Shown here: positions 28,337 to 38,479 of the stretch, piece by piece | Position numbering within the stretch: position 1 is the first letter of the stretch | Layout of the letters: each line of letters opens with the position of its first letter | Origin: Candidatus Rifleibacteriota bacterium | Lineage (GTDB): Bacteria; Muiribacteriota; Ozemobacteria; Ozemobacterales; Ozemobacteraceae | Direction of reading: 5' to 3' | Assembly: GCA_905236675.1 (NCBI GenBank) | Contig: CAJOND010000011.1 | Location: 26,102 to 90,101 of the forward strand | DNA: 64,000 bases | Translations under genes and position numbers: made by a program | The notes under the pieces: generated by a model | Seen by the model: only the letters and a program-made list of their open reading frames with translations | Told to the model about the DNA's origin: nothing | The model's database searches: none

Positions 28337-31270
28337 TTATTCATCACCAATAGCAATTATACTTGCACCAGCATCACCATCAGTTACTTCTTCTGGTAAG
28401 TCAGTAACATTGGCTTCATTGATTTCTTCGTCAACGTCAATAACAATAACATTACCACTTTCGTCAACGCTATCAGCTCTAATTCCGTCTTCAGCGAAGA
28501 TACCTTCATCTTCTGGATCAATAGTAAGAGTCAAATTAGAGAAATCTGAATCTTCTTCAATCAACTTCTTATAATCTTTTACAAGTGTTTTGTAATCAGT
28601 CATAAAGTTGTTAAGTGTATCAAGAACAGCTTGTGGATGATATTCATCATTCTTCCAGGTGATGAACCACCAGCTATTATGACCAGTATTAGAATCATCA
28701 GCAGCTTTAGCAAATTTATCAATTTCTTTCTTATAAAGTTTGTTATATTTATCTAATTCTTTATAAGCAGGATAAATATCGCTTAACCAATCAAGGAATC
28801 CACCACCGTCAACATTTAGGAATTTATTTTCCTTAAGATATTCATTAAATGACTTATTAGTGAATTCACTATCAAAATTATCTAATGCATCCTGTTTTTC
28901 ATCATATAGGTCTTGCATTAAAGAAGCCATATCAAGATTCTTCTTTATACCATCAAGAAGAAGAACACATTTATCACCCTGATCAGCAATACCGCGTGGG
29001 TCTAATGTCAAAGCAGCATTGATATCATTCCAATAGTAATTAACAATATTCTTTGGAGTCAATTCCTTTTCGCCACCAGGGAATTGTGATGGAGCACACC
29101 AATTATTGAAAGCTTCGAGTTTTCTAAGCTTTTTATAAATATCTTTACCCTTTGATTTATCGTTCTTAGCAGTTGCTAACTGGCAGTAACCAACCAATGT
29201 CTTCAAATGAGTTACCAAACCTTCGCTACCTTTGCTCTTGTCAAGTGACTTCTTGAGAGCCTTCATTTCATCAGTAACATTTTCTGTAAATTTCTTAACT
29301 TCCTTAGTCATTGGAGCAATCAAATTGCGGAAGTACATCATTTCTTTAACTCCAACGAAGAAAGCATCTGCATTGAAAGCCTGGAGTAACAAATCATCAG
29401 ACCATCTATCGGTATCGTAATCTACCAATGGGATATAGTTGAATGGAGACTGTTCAATTCTCAAACCTATTGCACGATAGAAGTCGTTGTTATTTGGCTG
29501 AATATCTTTGCTAACAATCTTCTTGTTAGAAGTAAGCCATCTCTGATATCTCTTAATTAAGGTAAAATCTGGGTTAAACCATACTTTTGGATAGTTATAT
29601 TTAGCTTGAGTTTTATTATATTCGTTAGATTTGATCTTGTCGCCAATCCAGCTTACATAAGTCATTGGATTCAAAGCATGACCAACTTTGCCCCAGAAAC
29701 CACGATTTTCAGCTCTAACAGATTCTTCTTCTGTTGGTTTCCATGACATATAATCAGCTTTTGTTTTCCACAAATCTAAGAGATCGCTGTTGCCTAAATC
29801 AGGTTCTTTGAAAACAGCACGGTTGTAATAACTAGTTACAACACCCTGTTTTTCCATTTCGATATAAACTCTGGCACTTATAGCTTCATTAGATTTATCA
29901 TCGTAATAGCTATTTTCATTTTTGTTAGCAGATTCGAAAGATCTAGCATTTGCTTTGAAATCATCGCCATACTGTCTTTCAAAAAGAACATAGCAGGCTG
30001 ATTTTTCATCATAAGTCAAATCATCTCTGTTTTCATAATAAGACTTAAATTCTGGATCGCTCTGATACAAATACCAATAAGAATTTTTATAAGCAGCTTT
30101 CCATCTCTTGTTATATTCACCGAACTGGTCAGCAATAGCAGTCAAACAAGTCCATATCAATGCACAAATTGATACTATAGTGCCAACTGGGAAAGCACAG
30201 AACATAGCGATTAATGAAGCAACACCAAATATTAAACTAGCAACATTCTTTACTAATGTGTAAGAAACTCTACCAACTTGTCTGTCTTCAGATTTAGCTA
30301 ATTCATAAGAATCAAGTGCAATACCGATAATTGTTAAACCAATACCGATAGAGGTAGCAATACCTTTTGAATCTTTTATTATAGCACCTCTATTGTCAAT
30401 CTTGTTTTCTGCACTAAGGTGTTCATTGAATTTCTTAAGAGCAGCTTTATATCCGTCCTTCTTAGAAAGACCGGTCTTTCTAGCAACCCAACGCCAATAC
30501 TGAACAGTACTAACAGAACCATCAGCAAGATTTTTCCAACCTAACGGAGGATGCATCATAGAAATAAAATCAAGTGTAGTACCAATACCTTTACCAATGG
30601 TTTTACTATAGAATTTACCAATTGATTTGAAACCTTTGGCAAGATTTCCTTTTTTCTTTATTATTTTACTGATTTTATCACTAAGTTTCTTTAACCCAGT
30701 AACTTTAGCAATAAAAGTACCAGCTAAAGCTGCTTTATTAGCAGCAAACTGAATAGCCTGGAGATAATTTGGAGCATTTAAGGTACCGTGAACAAAGTTA
30801 CCTAATGTATTATAGAAAGAGAAAACATCAGTACAACCATCGTCCATGATTGCATAGGCACTAGAAATAGTGTTCATCCATTCGCCCCATGCAAAAGCAC
30901 CTTCGATAATTCTTATTTTTTCATTAACATCAGTAACTTCTTTACCATCTTTGTCGTAAATGGTAACTTCTTTTAACTGTTTTCTGCTTCTGCCTCTAAG
31001 GCTGTATAAATATTCTAGATAACCGTCTTCACCATTTGGAGACAAAGTCTTTTCTGGATCAAGAATCTGACTTAACTTTTCTGGATCTGTATTTTCATCC
31101 AATTCAGTTTCTTCTTCTTCTTGTTCGTCAAGCTGTTCAACCTGAGCATCTGTATCTTCAGAGTCTGGGGCAGAATTAGCATAAACCATGTTGACGGCAA
31201 ACGGCTCGAAAGCCATTAAGAACGCCAGCAAGAAAACAATGAAATTTTTCATACCGCGTTGAAGCTTCAT
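28337..31270 (-). CDS. Large exported hypothetical protein (~977 aa) with internal hydrophobic helical hairpin
   Basis: GGAGG RBS before ATG 31270, signal peptide ending VYA, acidic termini, 2-3 internal TM-like helices. Confidence 0.8.
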   Translation of the reverse strand: MKLQRGMKNFIVFLLAFLMAFEPFAVNMVYANSAPDSEDTDAQVEQLDEQEEEETELDENTDPEKLSQILDPEKTLSPNGEDGYLEYLYSLRGRSRKQLKEVTIYDKDGKEVTDVNEKIRIIEGAFAWGEWMNTISSAYAIMDDGCTDVFSFYNTLGNFVHGTLNAPNYLQAIQFAANKAALAGTFIAKVTGLKKLSDKISKIIKKKGNLAKGFKSIGKFYSKTIGKGIGTTLDFISMMHPPLGWKNLADGSVSTVQYWRWVARKTGLSKKDGYKAALKKFNEHLSAENKIDNRGAIIKDSKGIATSIGIGLTIIGIALDSYELAKSEDRQVGRVSYTLVKNVASLIFGVASLIAMFCAFPVGTIVSICALIWTCLTAIADQFGEYNKRWKAAYKNSYWYLYQSDPEFKSYYENRDDLTYDEKSACYVLFERQYGDDFKANARSFESANKNENSYYDDKSNEAISARVYIEMEKQGVVTSYYNRAVFKEPDLGNSDLLDLWKTKADYMSWKPTEEESVRAENRGFWGKVGHALNPMTYVSWIGDKIKSNEYNKTQAKYNYPKVWFNPDFTLIKRYQRWLTSNKKIVSKDIQPNNNDFYRAIGLRIEQSPFNYIPLVDYDTDRWSDDLLLQAFNADAFFVGVKEMMYFRNLIAPMTKEVKKFTENVTDEMKALKKSLDKSKGSEGLVTHLKTLVGYCQLATAKNDKSKGKDIYKKLRKLEAFNNWCAPSQFPGGEKELTPKNIVNYYWNDINAALTLDPRGIADQGDKCVLLLDGIKKNLDMASLMQDLYDEKQDALDNFDSEFTNKSFNEYLKENKFLNVDGGGFLDWLSDIYPAYKELDKYNKLYKKEIDKFAKAADDSNTGHNSWWFITWKNDEYHPQAVLDTLNNFMTDYKTLVKDYKKLIEEDSDFSNLTLTIDPEDEGIFAEDGIRADSVDESGNVIVIDVDEEINEANVTDLPEEVTDGDAGASIIAIGDE

Positions 31271-31419
31271 ATAAACCTCCAATAATATAACACTTTAGTA
31301 AAGTGTACCTTATAAAAAATACTTATCAGTTTAAGTATAACAAATAGAACGAAAAATCGGAATATTTTTTTCCATTTTTATACTTTTTTTTTAAAGAAAA
31401 GTTTTTTTATTTTTATATC

Positions 31420-31454
31420 AAAAAAAAGCAATGCTATAAACATTGCTTTTTTTT
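31420..31454 (-). terminator. Intrinsic terminator downstream of the Clp-like ATPase
   Basis: aaaaaaaagcaatg-ctataaa-cattgctttttttt. Confidence 0.8.
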
Positions 31455-31464
31455 GATACAGAAA

Positions 31465-31560
31465 TATAAGATATAAGATTTAAGATTTTAAGACATAAAG
31501 ATTATCCTTCGTTCTTCATCCTTCATCCTTCATCCTTTATTCTTCATTCTTCTATCTTCC
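31465..31560. repeat. Heptamer tandem repeat arrays
   Basis: ataagat ataagat ttaagat ... and tccttcg ttcttca tccttca tccttca tccttta ttcttca. Confidence 0.7.
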
Positions 31561-33027
31561 TCATTCCATTTCTGTTGGATTAGTCGGTTCTTTCTTTTTT
31601 GATTTTTTAGTAGGCTTTTTTGGAGCTTCAAGCTGAAGAGGTTCTTCTACTTTAGCTTCTTTAACTTCTATTTTTCCTACTACTCTAAAAGAAGTACATT
31701 CATCTCCGTCTTCATCTTTTCCAACTTCGGCAAGAATATCATCACCCTTATTGAAATCTCCTTTAAGGATTTGTTCCGCAAGAGGATTTTCAATATATCT
31801 CTGAATGGTTCTTCTCAAAGGTCTTGCGCCATATTTAAGGTCTGTACCTTTGTCTACAAGCCAATTCTTTAATTCATCTGTAAAATTCAGATGCATATTC
31901 AAAGCATCAATTCTTGTCGACACTTCTTTTAATAATATGCTCAGAATTTGCAGGTTGTCGTTTTTGTCCAGCTGTCTGAAAACAATAACATCGTCTATAC
32001 GGTTAAGAAATTCTGGTGGGAAACTCTTTTCGAGACTCTTTCTAGTAATCTTAACCTTCTTATCATGAGAAAGATCATCCAGTTTTTCGGTTGTCTTACC
32101 TGCAGTTGTATCTACAACTCTAAAGCCAGGTTTAGTTTCTTCCGTAGTAATATCAGAAACCCCAATATTAGTAGTTAGAATAATAATGGTTTCTCTAAAA
32201 CTAACGGTTTCTCCTTTGCTGTCGGTAAGAATACCTTCGTCTAGCAATTGAAGCAAAAGATTATGAACTTTTTCATGAGCTTTTTCTATTTCGTCAAATA
32301 CAACAACACCATTAGGTTTGTTTTTGACAGCTTCTGTAAGGTAGCCACCTTCGCTATGACCAATATATCCGGGAGGAGCTCCTATAAGTTTAGCATATTC
32401 ATGGCTCATTGCATATTCAGAACAGTCTATTCTTACTATATCATTTTCACTGCCTGTCATAAATTCGCATAGAGCTTTAGCTAATTCAGTCTTCCCAACA
32501 CCGGTTTGACCAACAAAAATAAAACTACCTACAGGTCTTTTCGGATTTTTCAAACCAACTTTAGCTTTACGTATAGCTTGCGCAACTGCCGTAACAGCTT
32601 CATCTTGACCAACTATGCGTTTCCGCAAATGTTCTTCTATACCAAGAAAACGGTCTTGATTTGTAGTTTTTTCACCTTCAGCATTTAAGACAGGAATAGA
32701 AGAGCCAGAGGCCTCTTGTTCATCAATTTGAATTGTTACTTCTTTGATGTCTAGCGAAGGATTGACTTTTACACAGAGATTGTAAAGTTCTTGTTCTATT
32801 ATTTCTCCAAGAAGCGGATACTCATTGTTGCCAAAAACCAAAGGAGCTATTTCATCCAGATAATTGACTACAGAAGCATTGATAATAAGCCGCTTATAGG
32901 ATTTTTTATCAGTAATCTTTACATTTTTAAAAAGCTGCTGCTTTTGTTCAGGTGTAAAAGCCCTGATTGAAACGAAGCGATCTAGTGATTCACAGAATTT
33001 CATTTTGATTCCTACGGTGGAATCCAT
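31561..33027 (-). CDS. Clp/Hsp100-family ATPase with only the second (D2) AAA+ module and a non-canonical N-terminal domain
   Basis: GQDEAV, GQTGVGKTE, RIDCSEY, IGAPPGY, FDEIEKAH, PEFLNRID, GARPLRR; no D1 module. Confidence 0.88.
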   Translation of the reverse strand: MDSTVGIKMKFCESLDRFVSIRAFTPEQKQQLFKNVKITDKKSYKRLIINASVVNYLDEIAPLVFGNNEYPLLGEIIEQELYNLCVKVNPSLDIKEVTIQIDEQEASGSSIPVLNAEGEKTTNQDRFLGIEEHLRKRIVGQDEAVTAVAQAIRKAKVGLKNPKRPVGSFIFVGQTGVGKTELAKALCEFMTGSENDIVRIDCSEYAMSHEYAKLIGAPPGYIGHSEGGYLTEAVKNKPNGVVVFDEIEKAHEKVHNLLLQLLDEGILTDSKGETVSFRETIIILTTNIGVSDITTEETKPGFRVVDTTAGKTTEKLDDLSHDKKVKITRKSLEKSFPPEFLNRIDDVIVFRQLDKNDNLQILSILLKEVSTRIDALNMHLNFTDELKNWLVDKGTDLKYGARPLRRTIQRYIENPLAEQILKGDFNKGDDILAEVGKDEDGDECTSFRVVGKIEVKEAKVEEPLQLEAPKKPTKKSKKKEPTNPTEME

Positions 33028-33131
33028 GAGAACCCTCCTAGGGGTACATTTTCCCCATTGACAAGTAAACTGTTAATAGATTACATTTATTGTATCACTA
33101 AATATAATAACAAGGCAATACCTATAAAAAT

Positions 33132-34556
33132 ATGAACTCTAAAGAATCAGAAGAAATTTTTGACCGTGGTATAAACTATTTCAGAGCAGGTTTTTATTCA
33201 TCAGCACTCAATGAATTTTATCAAGTTAAGAAAATTTCACCAGACTATCCTAACATTGACTATATTATTGAAGCTGCTATTAAAAAGAACAATGAAGTTG
33301 CTGGACAAATAAGCAACTTTATTGAAGAGAACTTCGACAAGGAAATTCAAGAGCTTTCAGAAGAATTAAACATTGAAAACTCTTCACACCTAGGACCTAA
33401 AGTTCAGCATCTTTTGAAACAGGGTAAGTACAATGAAGCTTTAAAAGAACTTAAAGTTGCCGAATCAATTATCCCAGATTCAAGACCTTTGCTAATGCTT
33501 TTAGGTAATACATATAGAAGACTAGGTATGTTCGAGGAAGCAGAACAGGTTTTAAAACGAGCTAGAGTAATATATCCAGACGATAGCGAACTACTAAATA
33601 ATTTAGGTAATATTTTCCTGGCCAAAGGAATGTATTCAGAAGCAGAAGAAGCATATAGAACAGCTATGCGGAATATGCATGAAGATCCTAGAATGTTGAA
33701 CAATCTTGGAGTTCTCCGTATGCAAACCAATAACTTAGATGATGCTGAAAATCTTTTTAGAAAAGCTTCAAAATTAAGTCCGCAATGGAAAACTCCTCAA
33801 AAAAATCTTGAACATCTCGCAAAACGTATAGAAATATTAGAAAAAAACATTGACGAAATAAGAGATGAATATCACAAACATCCAGACTATTTGGATATAG
33901 GTCTTAATCTCGGCAAAAATCTATTTTTCAGAGGGTTTTACTCCGAAGCAAAAAGCTTATTTAAAAACATTCTAAAAAAGAATCCCAAACTTTTAGCCGC
34001 ATGGTTTTATTTAGCATCTATTTATGAAATTAATAAAAACTATGATGATGCGATTGACTGTTTTGTAGAAATGGTCAAAATGGCCGAAAAAACAGATACA
34101 TCTGAATATAGAAATTATGAAAATCTTATAAACCAAGGTTTCGTTGAAGAAGCAGTTACCGAATTAAAAAAAATTGCAGTTATAGAACTTGACATTGCAT
34201 CAAGTAGAATTAATATTGGTATAAAATATTTTGAAGATTGTCTTTGGACAGATGCTTTAAGACACTTTGAAGAAGCTATACGAATCAATAATAGTTATCC
34301 TGATGCTTACTACTGGACCGCTCTAACTTTAATCCAACTGAAAAAAGGAACTAAGGCAAAAGAGTTATTGGCAAAAGCTATAGAATTAAATCCTTCCTAT
34401 GCTGATGCTTATTTTCAAATGGGTCTCCTTTTGAAAAACAGAGCGAAAAGACAAGCAACTGAATATTTTAGGAAAGCTTTAACGTTGAATCTTCGACCAT
34501 CTTTTGTTAAAATAATAGAACAATTTTTTAAAGAAGAAAAAATTGAGTTAAAATAA
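33132..34556 (+). CDS. TPR-repeat protein
   Basis: Many TPRs (LGN.Y..LG...EA, NNLG, YPDAYY, YADAYF.MG). Confidence 0.88.
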   Translation: MNSKESEEIFDRGINYFRAGFYSSALNEFYQVKKISPDYPNIDYIIEAAIKKNNEVAGQISNFIEENFDKEIQELSEELNIENSSHLGPKVQHLLKQGKYNEALKELKVAESIIPDSRPLLMLLGNTYRRLGMFEEAEQVLKRARVIYPDDSELLNNLGNIFLAKGMYSEAEEAYRTAMRNMHEDPRMLNNLGVLRMQTNNLDDAENLFRKASKLSPQWKTPQKNLEHLAKRIEILEKNIDEIRDEYHKHPDYLDIGLNLGKNLFFRGFYSEAKSLFKNILKKNPKLLAAWFYLASIYEINKNYDDAIDCFVEMVKMAEKTDTSEYRNYENLINQGFVEEAVTELKKIAVIELDIASSRINIGIKYFEDCLWTDALRHFEEAIRINNSYPDAYYWTALTLIQLKKGTKAKELLAKAIELNPSYADAYFQMGLLLKNRAKRQATEYFRKALTLNLRPSFVKIIEQFFKEEKIELK

Positions 34557-34575
34557 TTAGTCGAGTTAATTAGAT

Positions 34576-37500
34576 ATGGATCAAGCGACATTTAAACAAT
34601 CTTTTCCTGCTTTTCCAATAGACGAGGAATCAATAAACACTCTTAAACTTTTGTTAGTGAAAGATGAAGTGTCAACTGAAGAAGAACTAAATAAACTGCG
34701 AAGTGATTCTCAAACAAGCCTTGATTTTGTTGAAGCTGTATCCAAATTGGATAAAGTCACTCCAGAACTCTTAGCTAATATAGAATCAGAAATACTTAAA
34801 GTTCCATTTATTAGATTAGATGAAACCCAAATAACCAACGAAATATTTAAATTAATTGATGTAAAACTTATTAAAAGTCGTAAAGTAATTCCCATCAAGA
34901 TAAATGGTGCTGAATTACTCGTTGGTACAGTATCTCCAGCAGATTCGTCTATTTTGACCGGCTTGCATCCATCTATGGCTATTAAGCCAGCAAAAGTTTT
35001 AGCAGACAAATTAGAAGCTAAAATTTCCCAATTAACAGGTGTCAAAACATCTAAAAAAAAGCAACAGAGAAAAAGACTTGGCGACATTTTAGTAGAATCC
35101 AATTACTGTAAATCAGAACAAATTGATGAATCCTTAAAGAAAGCAAAAGAACAAAAATTACGATTAGGCGCTTATCTTGTAAAAAATGGAATAGTGACTA
35201 ATAAACAATTGTCTATTGCTTTGTCTAAACAATATGATATTCCGTTCATAGATCTTGACGAAAGTCTCGTAGACCCAGTAGTTGGAAGTCTTTTAACTCA
35301 AAAATTCTGCCAAGACCATATTCTCTGCCCTGTTAAGAAGGAAAATGGCAAACTTGTTCTTGCTATGACTGACCCGACAGATATTATCACTATTGACCAG
35401 ATCGAAATGATGACAGGAATGAGAGTTTCTCCTGTTGTTAGTTCTGAACTTTCGATATTCGCTTCCTTAGATAAACTTTTTGGAGAAAATGTAGATACCT
35501 TGGCTGATGCTATTGGAGGTCCAGACGATAAGAAAGACGATGATGAAGGTTTAGGAGATCTAAATGAAAATGATGCTCCTATTATTAAGCTTGTCAATTT
35601 AATTTTGACTCAGGCTGTTGTCATGAACGTTTCTGATATACATATCGAAATATATGAAAATGAATTTCGTATAAGATTCAGACAGGATGGAACAATGAAG
35701 CTATTCATGACTCCGGCAAGAGCAGCTCATTCAGGCTTGGTCAGCCGTATTAAAGTTATGTCTAACCTTGATATAGCTGAAACAAGAAGACCCCAGGACG
35801 GACGTATAAAACTAACAATGCAAGACCGTAAGATAGACCTTCGTGTATCTTGTATACCCTGTGTCTGGGGCGAAAAGATAGTTATGAGAATCTGCGACCA
35901 GGGTAACTTAAAAGTTGACCTTAAAGACCTTGGTTTTGAACCATTTGTTTTAGATAAGTTCATGGCTGGAGTTCAGTCTCCAAATGGTATTGTTCTGGTT
36001 ACTGGTCCAACAGGTTCAGGTAAAACAACAACACTTTATTCTTCATTGTTCTTGTTGAACAAACCGACAGAAAATATTATGACAGCAGAAGACCCTGTAG
36101 AATACAACCTTATGGGGATTAACCAAGTTCAGTGTCATGCTGATATAGGTCTGGACTTTTCTGCTGCATTGCGTTCATTCTTGCGTCAAGACCCTGACGT
36201 AATCATGCTTGGAGAAATTCGTGACTTTGAAACAGCTAATATTGCTATTAAAGCAGCTTTAACAGGTCACTTGGTTATTTCCACTCTACATACAAACGAT
36301 GCTCCAGCAACAGTTGCCCGTTTGTTGAATATGGGGATAGAACCTTTCTCTCTATCTTCTTCTCTGCGTATTGTTCAAGCCCAGCGTCTTGTTAAAAGAA
36401 TTTGTAAATCTTGCGCAGAAGAATACAAACCAGAACCAGATCTTTTACAATCTCTTAATATAAATCAAAAGACTCTTGAAAGATTAAGATTAGCAGACCA
36501 ATACAGTATAGACACACTTATGTTTAAAAAAGGAAAAGGATGTCCTGACTGTGACAATACCGGCTTAAAAGGAAGACAGGGAATTTATGAAGTTCTTGAA
36601 ATAACCCAGGAATTCAGAGAACTAATCGAAAGAAATGCCAATACAGAAGAAATGCGTCGTCAAGCTATAAAAGACGGTATGCTTTCTTTACGTGAATCTG
36701 CCTTATACAAACTTATTACAGGTAGAACTACCGTTAGCGAAGTTGTTGGAACAACAGTAGATTCTGGTGGCCGTGAAGATGAAGAAGAAAATAAAAAGCC
36801 CAAAATGGCTGAAGAATCTAACGAAAAAACTATGGCCGCTTCACAAAAAGCTAAAGAAAAAGCTGCCGAAAAAGCAAAACTGGAAGCACCCCAACCAATG
36901 CTTATGCTTACAGATGCTTCTACAGCAAGTATTGCAAATGTTGACGCTTTAACCAAAGAATTGCATGAATTTAACAGCATACTTGCAAAAGTTTCTGCTG
37001 TTCAAACTTCAAGCGAAAGTTCATCAAGTCAAAATCTCAAAGTTAGTGATGCTATTCTGAGAAACAATATCACAGCTCCATTAAATGCAATAAAAGCATA
37101 CGCATCCAAAACTGACGAAGCAGCAAAAGTATTGCCTATTATACAAGCTCAAGGGCAAAAGATGGAACATAATGTTAAAAACCTCATCTCACAGTTCTCA
37201 GAATTTGCTCCAAAAGTTGAAAAATTACAGATTAACCAGCTTGTTGAAAAAGAAATATTCAATAATGTAAAGAGTCATGTTGTAACAGCAAGACTTCTTT
37301 CAGGTGTAAAGGAAATAGGCAAAAATCTCAAACTTTCAAAGAATTTACCTCAGAATCTCCCGCCAATAAATGTTGATATAGAAGCTTTTTCAACTATTGT
37401 TTCCAATGTATTTATCAATTCTCTAATTGGACTTGGCTCCAAAGGCGGAGAAATAAAAGTTGTAACAAGATTGAAACCCAAAACCAATAATGTCGTAGAA

Positions 37501-37707
37501 CTTGTGATATTTGATAATGGTACAGGTATTCCTGTTGAAAAACAGAAGAATTTATTCAAACCATTTGATTGTGCCGGTAAAAACTCTTTAGGTCTTGGAT
37601 TGGCGGTTGCCCAAAAATTATTACACGCTCTCAAGGGAAATATCACAATAAAAAGCACTCCTAACACCAGTACTCTCGTTTCTATTGAATTGCCAGCCGC
37701 GGCATAA
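34576..37707 (+). CDS. pilB: PilB/GspE secretion ATPase with MshEN-type N-domain, fused to a C-terminal HisKA/HATPase_c-like module
   Basis: RLGDIL...RLGAYL MshEN motifs, GPTGSGKTT, EDPVEY, LRQDPD, TGHLV.STLHTN, CxxC..CxxC; C-terminal DNGTGIP, LFKPF, LGLGLA. Confidence 0.85.
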   Translation: MDQATFKQSFPAFPIDEESINTLKLLLVKDEVSTEEELNKLRSDSQTSLDFVEAVSKLDKVTPELLANIESEILKVPFIRLDETQITNEIFKLIDVKLIKSRKVIPIKINGAELLVGTVSPADSSILTGLHPSMAIKPAKVLADKLEAKISQLTGVKTSKKKQQRKRLGDILVESNYCKSEQIDESLKKAKEQKLRLGAYLVKNGIVTNKQLSIALSKQYDIPFIDLDESLVDPVVGSLLTQKFCQDHILCPVKKENGKLVLAMTDPTDIITIDQIEMMTGMRVSPVVSSELSIFASLDKLFGENVDTLADAIGGPDDKKDDDEGLGDLNENDAPIIKLVNLILTQAVVMNVSDIHIEIYENEFRIRFRQDGTMKLFMTPARAAHSGLVSRIKVMSNLDIAETRRPQDGRIKLTMQDRKIDLRVSCIPCVWGEKIVMRICDQGNLKVDLKDLGFEPFVLDKFMAGVQSPNGIVLVTGPTGSGKTTTLYSSLFLLNKPTENIMTAEDPVEYNLMGINQVQCHADIGLDFSAALRSFLRQDPDVIMLGEIRDFETANIAIKAALTGHLVISTLHTNDAPATVARLLNMGIEPFSLSSSLRIVQAQRLVKRICKSCAEEYKPEPDLLQSLNINQKTLERLRLADQYSIDTLMFKKGKGCPDCDNTGLKGRQGIYEVLEITQEFRELIERNANTEEMRRQAIKDGMLSLRESALYKLITGRTTVSEVVGTTVDSGGREDEEENKKPKMAEESNEKTMAASQKAKEKAAEKAKLEAPQPMLMLTDASTASIANVDALTKELHEFNSILAKVSAVQTSSESSSSQNLKVSDAILRNNITAPLNAIKAYASKTDEAAKVLPIIQAQGQKMEHNVKNLISQFSEFAPKVEKLQINQLVEKEIFNNVKSHVVTARLLSGVKEIGKNLKLSKNLPQNLPPINVDIEAFSTIVSNVFINSLIGLGSKGGEIKVVTRLKPKTNNVVELVIFDNGTGIPVEKQKNLFKPFDCAGKNSLGLGLAVAQKLLHALKGNITIKSTPNTSTLVSIELPAAA

Positions 37708-37739
37708 TGATTGACTGCTTTGCTTAAAAAGGAGATTTT

Positions 37740-38479
37740 ATGAAAAAAAATATATTCTTGTTTCTTTGATTCTTTTTACACTTCCTGCCTTTGCTCAAGA
37801 AGCAGAAGATGAGTTTGACGAAGAAGAATTTAATGAAGAAATATCCGAAACCAATGTTAAATGCTCTGTAGCCAATATATTAAAAAAGCTTTATGGAAAC
37901 GTCATGGTCGAAGAAGATAGGAATCCTTCTTTTATAAATCTGACTCTTTCTGTTCCTCGCAGTGAAATAGAAACAATGCTTAATATGTCTCTAACAGATG
38001 GTTGGTATCCTCAATCTTTAGTCATTCAAGGTATGAGTACAGATATTGCCGCTGTTTATCTTAAAGTTGCTCAAAAACAAAATGATTCTCCTAAAAGATT
38101 TAGAGTATTAGGAAAACTTTCCGCACCAGGTGCTCTTCCTTGGAAACCTTCATTTTTGGATTCAAATGAAGCTTATGTAACTACTATAGAAACAGATTTT
38201 GGTGAAGATTTTCTTGTAAAAGGTGAAACCATTAAATCAAATCTTATTTTTACCAAATTATCTCCTAGAATCAGTAAAATTGGTGCTGATTTAGAGAATT
38301 TAGATTCTGAAAGATTCGCTTCAAAAAAGAATTTTGATAGTAGTAAGTTATTTACAAGAGAAACCTATTCAGATAACGAAACAGGGATAAATGGCCAGCC
38401 TTTTTTTGAACGAGGTACTTATAAAGAGAACCCAAGAATCGGTAGATATATGATTTTTACTTTAAGATGTAAATGGTAA
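37740..38479 (+). CDS. Exported hypothetical protein; start region frameshifted in an A8 tract as sequenced
   Basis: AGGAG RBS then ATG 37740 + A8; with A9 it reads MKKKYILVSLILFTLPAFA|QE in frame with ORF 37766-38479. Confidence 0.65.
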
